Assembly: GCA_040755855.1 (NCBI GenBank)
Contig: JBFMAD010000003.1
Coordinates: forward strand, 1-64,000
Direction: 5' to 3'
DNA: 64,000 nucleotides
Source of the DNA: Planctomycetota bacterium
Lineage (GTDB): Bacteria; Planctomycetota; Brocadiia; JAADGH01
The position numbers and the translations under genes are program-made. This document shows positions 55,928-64,000 of this stretch, piece after piece. The notes under the pieces were generated by a model. That model saw nothing but the letters and a program-made list of their open reading frames with translations, did no database searches and was not told where the DNA came from. Position 1 is the stretch's first letter. Each line of letters opens with the position of its first letter.

Positions 55928-58603
55928 ATGAAGGAGACTCTGTTCATCGCCGTTGTCACGTTTGTCGTTGCGTCAATCGGAGCGCTCGAAGCCGAGGGGC
56001 CGAAGAACCTGCTCAAGAACGGCGATTTCGAGACGGTCGCTGAGGGAAAACCGGAAGCCTGGGGACCTGCCGGGGCGGCGCATGTGAAGCAGCAGCTCAC
56101 GAGCGACATCGGGCGCGAAGGTAAGGGCGCCTCGGCGAAGTTGTCCTGTACAGAGTTTGGCAATGGCACGCCGGCCAGCCATGCGATGATTTGTCAGGTT
56201 GGTACGGTCGGCGTAAAAAAAGGCAAATGGTATCGGCTCACGCTGTGGGCGAAGGGCGAAGGGATTCGCGGCGACATGGTCCATGTCGGACTTTCCAACA
56301 CGAAGTCCTGGAGCAGCGCCGGGCTTAGGGAGGGGCTCGACCTCAAGCGGAAGTGGCAGCGCTTCGAGACCGTGTTTCAAGCCGTGGAGGACCTGCCTCC
56401 CGAGAACAGCCGATTCCAAATTTCGTTCAACAGCACGGGAACTCTCTGGCTGGACGATGTGGAACTTGTTGAGACGGAGATCAAGACAGAGCGGCATCCG
56501 CAATTGACGCTGGAAGGGCTTACGAACTTTATTCCCAACAGCAGCTTCGAGTGCGACACAGCGGGATGGGGGAGTTACGCACCGGACCTGAAGACATGGA
56601 CCGGAAACATCTATCAATTGATCGGCGACTTGGACGACACGACTGCGGTACACGGCAAACACAGCTTGCGCATTCGCCTTTCGCCGCAGAATCCGCCGAC
56701 GTATTTCTTCGGCTACCAGACCATCCGGCAGCAGCCGCGCTGTGTCCTGGCCGCGCATCATGGGTGGGCGCCGATGGAGCGAAAGCAGTCCTACACCTTA
56801 TCGGCGTCCCTCAAGAGCGACCAAGCCAGTGCGGTCGGCGTGCTGCTGGTTCGCCAGGCGGGAGGGCGGACGTTTCGCAAGGATTTTCCCCTGACGACGG
56901 ACTGGCAGCGCTGTGTGTTCACGTTCACAGCGGAGGCCGATTCGGCCTGGGCCGCCGTAGGGCTGGATTTGGATGCGTCCAAAATGGACTCGGCGACAGT
57001 GTGGATAGATGCGGTGCAGTTGGAACGCGGAACGCAAGCCACGCCCTATCAACCGCGCGCTTCTGTCGAGGTGATGGTAAAGACCGAGGCTGTCGGCAAT
57101 GTCTTTGTTACGGCGGACGAACGTCCAAACATCGCGCTGCAGTTGCATGTCTTCAATGACAGTGATGCGCCGAAGGACGTGAACGCTGAGGTCTCTGTGA
57201 CTGACTTTTTCGACGCCGAAGTCCTGCGGCAGACCGTTCCGCTCTCCGCGCCGGCGAAGAGTGGTGTGACGAAGTCCGTGAGCCTGCCCATCGGCAAGCG
57301 CGGGTTCTACCGGGTCAAGACGACGCTGGGCGACGCCGCCTATCTCGCGTTGCGATGTGCGGTGATAAAGCCCTATGGCGCGCAGCGGGATTCCCGTTTC
57401 GCCATGAATCATGCTTATCCCTGGGCTTTTCTGCTGCACCTTTCACATCAGGCAGGGATCCTGTGGTGGCGCGATTGGACGGTGCAATGGCAGACCGTTC
57501 AGCCGGAGGCCAACGCGCCGTTCGACTTCCGAGAGACGGATCCGCAGATTGACCGGGTGAGCAGGGAAGGCGGAAAGGTCCTGTTGATGTTCCCCTATCC
57601 GTCGTCCTCGTGGGTGAGCACGTCCGATCCCGCGACCATCGAGAAGATACTGACAAAGGAGTATCAGCGCGCGCGCCTTCCCTGGGCCTTCAAGCCCAAA
57701 GACGAGGATGCCTTCACCCGATATATCACAGAGACAGTCCGACACTACAAGGACCGCATTCAGGTATATCAGATCTTCAATGAGTCGCTCTACACAAACT
57801 ATGCCCTGCCCGCGCGCGGGGGACACACGTTGGACGACTACATGCGGCTGTTGCGGATTGCCTATCAGGCAATTAAGGCGGAGCAGCCGGACGCAATAGT
57901 GGTCGGCGGCCTTGGGATATGGGCGGACAACAAATGGACAAAGGATTTTGTCGAGGCCGGCGGCCTGCAATTCGCCGATGTGCTCGACCTGCATCTCTAC
58001 CCGAAGGGGCGTCCAGAGGTCTTCGGCGAATCGCTGGCGAAGTTGTGGCAGCGAATGAAGGAGAAGGGAGAGGCGAAGCCGATCTGGGTGACGGAATTGG
58101 GCTGCTACGGCGAGGATGACCCACCGATCACGCCCTTCCCCCCCAATTTCGGCGACGAGGCGATGCGCAATGCGCTCCGCCGCAACGAGCGCGAGGCCGC
58201 CGAATGGCTCGTCAAATTTGCGACAATCTTCTTCGCCAACGGGGGCGGGAAGATATTCCTTCATGCAGGGACCTGCGGCGAGATCAACGGCATGGACGCG
58301 GGCGGCGTCTTCTTCAAGTACGGCGGAACGCCCCGAAAAATCTATGCCGCCGTGTCAACGATGGCCAACCTGCTCCCACCGGAAGCAACGTTTGACCGAT
58401 CCGGCGACCTGGGCGAGAACGTCACTGTCTATTGGTTCCACACGCCGGCGCAGCAGATCGGCGTCGCGTGGTCGGCGGATGGAGAACCTTGCAAGATTGA
58501 ACTGCCTGCCAACGTTCAGTCGCTGGACATCATGGGCAATCCCATATCCGGGCCAACCGTCACGCTGACCGAAACGCCAATTTATCTGGTGAAACAACAA
58601 TGA
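55928..58603 (+). CDS. Secreted clan GH-A (GH39/GH5-like) hydrolase with two CBM4/9-like domains
   Basis: Signal peptide; NLLKNGDFE and NSSFE CBMs; IFNES acid/base, HLY, WVTELG nucleophile. Confidence 0.75.
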   Translation: MKETLFIAVVTFVVASIGALEAEGPKNLLKNGDFETVAEGKPEAWGPAGAAHVKQQLTSDIGREGKGASAKLSCTEFGNGTPASHAMICQVGTVGVKKGKWYRLTLWAKGEGIRGDMVHVGLSNTKSWSSAGLREGLDLKRKWQRFETVFQAVEDLPPENSRFQISFNSTGTLWLDDVELVETEIKTERHPQLTLEGLTNFIPNSSFECDTAGWGSYAPDLKTWTGNIYQLIGDLDDTTAVHGKHSLRIRLSPQNPPTYFFGYQTIRQQPRCVLAAHHGWAPMERKQSYTLSASLKSDQASAVGVLLVRQAGGRTFRKDFPLTTDWQRCVFTFTAEADSAWAAVGLDLDASKMDSATVWIDAVQLERGTQATPYQPRASVEVMVKTEAVGNVFVTADERPNIALQLHVFNDSDAPKDVNAEVSVTDFFDAEVLRQTVPLSAPAKSGVTKSVSLPIGKRGFYRVKTTLGDAAYLALRCAVIKPYGAQRDSRFAMNHAYPWAFLLHLSHQAGILWWRDWTVQWQTVQPEANAPFDFRETDPQIDRVSREGGKVLLMFPYPSSSWVSTSDPATIEKILTKEYQRARLPWAFKPKDEDAFTRYITETVRHYKDRIQVYQIFNESLYTNYALPARGGHTLDDYMRLLRIAYQAIKAEQPDAIVVGGLGIWADNKWTKDFVEAGGLQFADVLDLHLYPKGRPEVFGESLAKLWQRMKEKGEAKPIWVTELGCYGEDDPPITPFPPNFGDEAMRNALRRNEREAAEWLVKFATIFFANGGGKIFLHAGTCGEINGMDAGGVFFKYGGTPRKIYAAVSTMANLLPPEATFDRSGDLGENVTVYWFHTPAQQIGVAWSADGEPCKIELPANVQSLDIMGNPISGPTVTLTETPIYLVKQQ

Positions 58604-58647
58604 AGACGCAAGCAGTCACGTGCGATGGTTTCAGGAGGAGAACGGCA

Positions 58648-61329
58648 ATGAAATGCGCAGGAATACCACGTATTATTTTGAGCGTGCTGTTCGTCATCGC
58701 AGGCTGTGGCGTAGTTTCTGCGGAGGGAGGAATGAACCTGCTCAAGAACGGCGACTTCGAGAAGGTCGTTGACGGAAAACCCGACGGCTGGCAGACGGCG
58801 GGAGCGGCGACGGTGAAGCAGACGCTCGCCTCCGACGTCGGCCGTGAAGGCGGCCACAGTGCGAAGCTCGCGTGCACGGAGATTACCGGCACGACGCCGG
58901 CCACGCATGTGATGTTGGCGCAGAACAACACGGTGGCGCTCCAGAACGGGAAGTGGTATCGCCTACGCTTCTGGGCAAAGCAGGAGGGAATGGAGGGTGA
59001 ATCGGTCCAGATCGCCGTCAACCAGACGAAGCCGTGGGTCGGCGGCGCGAGAAACGCCGGAGCGTTCCAACCCACCGACGAGTGGAAGGAATACGAGTTC
59101 CAGTTCCGCGCTGTGCGCGATGTGCCCGCCGAGGCGAGTCGGTTCCAGATGTGGCATCACAGCGTCGGAACGCTGTGGGTGGACGATATGACACTCGATC
59201 AGATTCCCGGCCTTGTCCAGACGCCGCGCGACGTCGTCGAGGCGCCGCCCGGGAAAAACATGATTCCGAATGCGTCCTTCGAGTGCGGGCCTGGTGGATG
59301 GGGGAGCATTGCCAAAATCTCCACGTGGGGCGGCAACCTGCTTCACCCCTTCGGCGCGATTGACGAGATGACCGCGGCCGACGGCAAGCGGAGCCTGAAG
59401 GTCCAGCTCGGCCCGGACAACTTCCCCGTCTTCTACTTCGACTATTTCCATATGTATCGCGAACCGATCAAGAGCATCCGCACCGTGAATCTCGGCTGGC
59501 TCAAGGTCGAGAAGGACGGCAACTATACGCTATCCGCTGCGATGAAGTCCGCGACGCCGGGCGTGAAGGTAAAGATGGCTATGGAGAATGGAGGATACCA
59601 GGACATCGCGCTGACGACGGACTGGCAGCGATACTCCATGACGCGAAAGGCCCTGCGAGAATACTGCTTCGTCGCCATCGAACTCGACCTGCCCGGCCAG
59701 AACCTGGAGCAGGCGACGATCTGGATTGACGCCGTGCAGTTGGAAAAATCCGACACGGCCAGCGACTTCCAGCCCTACGCCCCCATCGAGGTGCAGTTGG
59801 CGACGGGCAAACCCATGAATGTCTTTGCCGTCGGCGAGCCGGTGGCGCTGGAGACGACGGTCTGCAACGCCGGCGAGGCGGAGGCAAAGGTCGTTGTGTC
59901 CGTCAAGCTGCAGGACTTCTTCGACGAGCCAGCCGGTGAAACGACCACCGAGATCGCTGTGCCACCGAAATTGCAAGTCACCAAGACCATCGCTCTTCCC
60001 GTCGAAAAGAAAGGCTTCTGTCGCGTGACGACCGCCATCGAAGCAGGTGGGGCCAAGCGAACGCATGTCATGCGTATCGCTGTGGTCGAGTCGTATGGCG
60101 CGAAGGATTCCATCTTTGCCGTAAACCACGCCTATCCGTGGGACGAACTGATGAAGGTGAAGCAGCTTGGCGGGACCATGTGGACGCGCGACTGGTCAAT
60201 CAAATGGCGCGACGTAGAGCCGGAGAAGGGGCGATTCGATTTCACCGAGACCGACCACCAGATCAACCGCCCGATCAAGCTCGGCGACCAGGTGCTCGGT
60301 CTGCTGCCCTTCCCGTCGAGCGACTGGTCCTCCACCGCCCCGGCGGACTTCAAGGCCGACAACGCCTACTTGCAGGAGCGCGAGCGCGTCGCCTACAAGC
60401 CGCGCGACATGGGCGAGTTCGAGAACTACGTCGCCAAAACGGTCGAGCACTACAAGGACCGGATCAAGTACTGGGAGATTATGAACGAACCGCTCTACAC
60501 AACCTATGCTGTGCCGGAGCGCTTCGGCCACAAGCCGGAGGACTACGTCGAGATACTGAAGCACGCCTTCCAGACGATCCGGCGCGTGGACCCCGAAGCC
60601 AAGGTGATCGGCGGGATCGCCGGTCTTGGCTCGGAGCACTTCTCCAAGGCCATCATTGACCTCGGTGCGCTCGACTACATGGACTACATCAACACCCACA
60701 CCTACCCCGGCATGACCATGCCCGAACGGACGCACGACCAGCTCGTCCACCTGAACGAGATGATGGACGCGAAGGGCAAGCGCCTGCCCATGTGGTGCAC
60801 GGAGTACGCCTACTACGCGGACGACGACATGCCCGCCCGGCCGATGATCTTCGAATTGCCCTTCGTCAAGGCGGAGATGCTCTGCGCGGCCTACTTCATA
60901 CGCCTCAGTGCGATCATGATGGGCGACGGACACGAGAAGCTCGTCTTCCACGCAGGCACGTGCGGTAGGGCAAACTCGCTTAGCCCGTCGGGCTTCCTCT
61001 ACGATTTCGACGGCGTGTTCAAGGTCTATCCCGCGATCTCCGCGATGTCGAATATCTTTGGAGCGGACACGAAAACGCGAGGCAAACTTGAAACCCCTGA
61101 AGGCGTCTGGGCATATCTTTTCGAGAACCCACGCGGTGCGTTCGCCATGGTCTGGTGCACAGCGAAAGCAAAGGGCGCATTGACCTTGAAAGACGACCGC
61201 CTGAAACTCTTGGACATCCAGGGCAACCCCATCGCCGAGCGGCAAGTCGAACTGACGGAATACCCCATGTATGTCATCGGAGCGGGGATGAAGGCGGACG
61301 AAGTGCGAGACGGATTTGAGGTAAAGTAG
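58648..61329 (+). CDS. Tandem paralogue of 55928-58603 (CBM4/9 x2 plus GH-A domain)
   Basis: Same architecture; IMNEP, HTY, WCTEY; AGGAGGAG RBS. Confidence 0.75.
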   Translation: MKCAGIPRIILSVLFVIAGCGVVSAEGGMNLLKNGDFEKVVDGKPDGWQTAGAATVKQTLASDVGREGGHSAKLACTEITGTTPATHVMLAQNNTVALQNGKWYRLRFWAKQEGMEGESVQIAVNQTKPWVGGARNAGAFQPTDEWKEYEFQFRAVRDVPAEASRFQMWHHSVGTLWVDDMTLDQIPGLVQTPRDVVEAPPGKNMIPNASFECGPGGWGSIAKISTWGGNLLHPFGAIDEMTAADGKRSLKVQLGPDNFPVFYFDYFHMYREPIKSIRTVNLGWLKVEKDGNYTLSAAMKSATPGVKVKMAMENGGYQDIALTTDWQRYSMTRKALREYCFVAIELDLPGQNLEQATIWIDAVQLEKSDTASDFQPYAPIEVQLATGKPMNVFAVGEPVALETTVCNAGEAEAKVVVSVKLQDFFDEPAGETTTEIAVPPKLQVTKTIALPVEKKGFCRVTTAIEAGGAKRTHVMRIAVVESYGAKDSIFAVNHAYPWDELMKVKQLGGTMWTRDWSIKWRDVEPEKGRFDFTETDHQINRPIKLGDQVLGLLPFPSSDWSSTAPADFKADNAYLQERERVAYKPRDMGEFENYVAKTVEHYKDRIKYWEIMNEPLYTTYAVPERFGHKPEDYVEILKHAFQTIRRVDPEAKVIGGIAGLGSEHFSKAIIDLGALDYMDYINTHTYPGMTMPERTHDQLVHLNEMMDAKGKRLPMWCTEYAYYADDDMPARPMIFELPFVKAEMLCAAYFIRLSAIMMGDGHEKLVFHAGTCGRANSLSPSGFLYDFDGVFKVYPAISAMSNIFGADTKTRGKLETPEGVWAYLFENPRGAFAMVWCTAKAKGALTLKDDRLKLLDIQGNPIAERQVELTEYPMYVIGAGMKADEVRDGFEVK

Positions 61330-61342
61330 CAAGGAGTGAAAC

Positions 61343-62710
61343 ATGGCCAAAGTCGTCGTCATCATGTGCGACACCCTAAGGCGGGACTATATGGGGTGCT
61401 ATGGGAACCAGTGGATCCATACCCCGTTCTTCGACAAGCTGGCTGAGAAGGCATACATTTTCGACAACGCCTACATCTCGGCCTTTCCGACGATCCCGAA
61501 CCGGACCGACCTGTTCCTCGGCAAATACACCTTCCCCTTCTACGGCTGGCAGGCGCTCGACCGGAAGGAGACGCCCGTCGCGGCGGCGCTCACCGGGGCG
61601 GGCGTGGTGACCCAGTTCATCCACGACACGATGCACATGTTGAACAACGGCAACTTCTTCGCCCGCGGCTTCCGGGGCTGGAAGGCCATCCGAGGCGGGG
61701 AATCCGACCTTTTCGAGACGTTGGCCAACGTCGAGATCAAACTCCAGGCCCCGGACGAGAAGCATCGCGGCGACGGCCACGCAGCAAAACAGTACCTCCG
61801 CAACCGCCACCACTGGACCACGGAGTCGGACTGGTTCGTGGCGCAGACGGCGACCGAGTGCTGCACCTGGCTGGAGCGCAACTACAAGGCGAAGGACTTC
61901 TTTCTCTGGATTGACACGTTCCAGATTCACGAGCCGTGGGACCCGCCGCAGTGGTACATTGATCGCTATGATCCCGACTTCAAGGGCGAGGTGAACATCC
62001 ACCCGCGCTACGACTACTGCGACTACCTGACGAAGCCCGAGCTAAGGCAGGCTATCGCCCGATACGCCGGCGAGGTGACGCTCACCGACCGATGGGTCGG
62101 CAATGTGATCCAGAAGGTGGAGGACCTGGGCATTGACGGGGAAACGATCATCATGCTGACCTCCGACCACGGCATGTATCTCGGCGAGCACGGGCGCATC
62201 GGCAAGCACACGGTGGTCCACCCCGAGGACCCCTGGCCGCTCTACGACACCGTGGCGAAGATCCCGTGGATCATCAAGGTCCCCGGAATAACGCGGGCAA
62301 AACGGATCAACAGCCTCGTCCAGCCGCCGGACATGATGCCGACGCTGCTGGACATCTTCGGCGCAAGGGGCCCGGCGGGCATGCACGGCAAGTCGCTCAT
62401 GCCGCTGCTGAACGGCAAGAGGACGCAGATTCGCAAATACGCATTTTCCGGCGGGCAGATGACCGGCAAGCCGGGCATCCTGCACACGCCGATCACCGTT
62501 ACGGGCGCCGACGGCTGGACGCTGATCTTCGGCCATCCCGAGGACCCGCCGGAACTCTATCACACGGCGAAGGACCCCGAACAGAAAAGGAACATCATCA
62601 AACAGAACCTCGCCCGCGCGCGGACGATGCACAGGGCCTTCGAGCATTTCCTCTTCGAGATCAATGCGCCGGACGAGGCCGTGCAGAAGTGCATCCAGCA
62701 CGCGCCGTAA
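61343..62710 (+). CDS. Sulfatase-like hydrolase (alkaline phosphatase superfamily) with Thr at the nucleophile position
   Basis: CDTLRRD, PTIPNR, HEPW, TSDHG..LGEH..GK, ELY..DP.Q..N. Confidence 0.85.
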   Translation: MAKVVVIMCDTLRRDYMGCYGNQWIHTPFFDKLAEKAYIFDNAYISAFPTIPNRTDLFLGKYTFPFYGWQALDRKETPVAAALTGAGVVTQFIHDTMHMLNNGNFFARGFRGWKAIRGGESDLFETLANVEIKLQAPDEKHRGDGHAAKQYLRNRHHWTTESDWFVAQTATECCTWLERNYKAKDFFLWIDTFQIHEPWDPPQWYIDRYDPDFKGEVNIHPRYDYCDYLTKPELRQAIARYAGEVTLTDRWVGNVIQKVEDLGIDGETIIMLTSDHGMYLGEHGRIGKHTVVHPEDPWPLYDTVAKIPWIIKVPGITRAKRINSLVQPPDMMPTLLDIFGARGPAGMHGKSLMPLLNGKRTQIRKYAFSGGQMTGKPGILHTPITVTGADGWTLIFGHPEDPPELYHTAKDPEQKRNIIKQNLARARTMHRAFEHFLFEINAPDEAVQKCIQHAP

Positions 62711-62726
62711 CCCAGGAGGAATCATC

Positions 62727-63221
62727 ATGGACAAGAGGACAGTAGCAGTTATTGCTCTCGTGGTGCTCATCGCCGCCGTTTTCGCGATGCGGCGATCCGG
62801 CGGCCGCGTGGGTGGCGGAAAGGCAGCGCCTGAGATATCGCTCACTGGTGTGGCCAATGCGGAGGAAGTTCCCACGCTGGCCAATCTTCGCGGCAAGCCG
62901 GTGCTGCTCGAGTTCTGGGCCACGTGGTGCCCGCCATGCCGGGAGTCTATCCCGCACCTGATCGAAATCCACGAAAAGCACAAGGACCGCGGGCTGGTCG
63001 TCATCGGCATCACCAATGAAGCTCCGAGCGCCGTCGAGCCGTTCATTGAAAAGATGGGCATGACGTATATCGTCGGTTATGATGGAGGCGGCCGGACGGG
63101 GAACGCCTATCGCGTGACCGGCATCCCTCACGCCTTCCTCATCGCCGCCGACGGGACCATCGCCTGGAATGGACACCCAATGGCGCTTGAGGACGGCATC
63201 ATCGCCCAGATTGTGGACTGA
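62727..63221 (+). CDS. TlpA/ResA-family thiol-disulfide oxidoreductase
   Basis: N-terminal TM, FWATWCPPC, GIP..FLI..DG. Confidence 0.9.
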   Translation: MDKRTVAVIALVVLIAAVFAMRRSGGRVGGGKAAPEISLTGVANAEEVPTLANLRGKPVLLEFWATWCPPCRESIPHLIEIHEKHKDRGLVVIGITNEAPSAVEPFIEKMGMTYIVGYDGGGRTGNAYRVTGIPHAFLIAADGTIAWNGHPMALEDGIIAQIVD

Positions 63222-63239
63222 AAGAAAGGAAATCGCATC

Positions 63240-64000
63240 ATGTCGGAGGCAATGCAAGTAGTACCCGCTCAGGACGAGCGGTTGACGTGGGACGGGGCGG
63301 TATCGTTGGAGACGACGAAAGACTGGGTGCGCCCCTGGCGCATCCCGCATGGGGACAAGGAACTCTTCCCCCCTGCCGCCCTGATCGAACGGGCGGGCAT
63401 GCCCGCAGGCGTGCGGCTCCGCTTTGCGACGGACTCCACCGCCCTGCGCCTCAACGCGACCCCCATGCCCGCGGCGGGAAAGTTAGATGTGGTGTGCAAT
63501 GGGGATTTGGTCGAGACCATTCCCTTCGCCCAGGGCGCAACGGCGATTTCCGCGGGGACGCTGCCGAAGGGCCGGAAGGAGATCGAACTCTGGCTCCCGA
63601 TGACTGTGCCCGTTCAACTTGCATCGGTCGAGATCAGCGCCGGCGCATCTCTGGAGAAGATCGAGGACACGCGGCCGAAGTGGATCACCTATGGCAGTTC
63701 CATCACCCACTGCGGCGGCGCGGAAAGCCCCGCCTACACCTGGCCGGGCATCGTCGCCCGGGAGTGCAGGCTGAACCTGACGTGCCTCGGCTTCGGCGGC
63801 AACTGCCACTTGGAACCGAACCTCGCCCGCCTGATCCGCGATCTGCCCGCCGACTACATCTCTCTGAAGGTCGGCATCAACATCATGGGCGGGGCAAGCC
63901 TCGGACCGAGGACGTTCCTGTCGGCGGTCATCGGCTTTGTCCTCATCGTCCGCGAGGGACATCCCGACGCGCCGTTGATCCTGTGCTCGCCCATCCTATC
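63240..64000 (+). CDS. SGNH/GDSL hydrolase (runs off the window end)
   Basis: Manual translation from ATG 63240: AGVRLRFATDS, ITYGSSITH, LGFGGNCHLE, GIN; no stop codon before 64000. Confidence 0.85.
   Translation, partial: MSEAMQVVPAQDERLTWDGAVSLETTKDWVRPWRIPHGDKELFPPAALIERAGMPAGVRLRFATDSTALRLNATPMPAAGKLDVVCNGDLVETIPFAQGATAISAGTLPKGRKEIELWLPMTVPVQLASVEISAGASLEKIEDTRPKWITYGSSITHCGGAESPAYTWPGIVARECRLNLTCLGFGGNCHLEPNLARLIRDLPADYISLKVGINIMGGASLGPRTFLSAVIGFVLIVREGHPDAPLILCSPIL

Noticed and set aside
63483..63962. Minus-strand 159-aa ORF at the window end
   Set aside because: Shadow of the plus-strand SGNH hydrolase starting at 63240, which the ORF track missed because it has no stop codon within the window

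Overview
A ~62% GC bacterial chromosomal segment, most likely from a Planctomycetota genome (two LEPR-XLL-type N-terminal motifs, many large secreted CBM/glycoside-hydrolase-like proteins, dense REP-like palindromes). It contains two restriction-modification loci: a helicase-less Type ISP-like single polypeptide, and an MjaI-family endonuclease paired with an amino-methyltransferase fused to an SNase-like domain. Several glycan-processing clusters are present (URO-D pair, GH42-like paralogues, PL26/YetA-like, GH20-like, GH39/GH5-like pair, sulfatase-like, SGNH esterases). A core block runs tRNA-Lys/Leu/Gly-tig-clpP-clpX-cysK. A lower-GC surface-glycan island (~39.3-55.7 kb) is built around a triple-repeat beta-helix surface protein flanked by two O-antigen-ligase genes. 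Main unusual observations: near-total depletion of RTCGAY across the window, with RTTGAY/RTCAAY in its place (suggesting an unidentified methylation or restriction specificity); a trigger factor with a duplicated N-terminal domain; an RxxxxH (HEPN-like) ORFan bracketed by inverted REP ends; terminator-containing leaders ahead of both LEPR-XLL genes; and a circularly permuted CBM inserted in one GH42-like paralogue. All calls come from reading motifs by eye; no searches were run.
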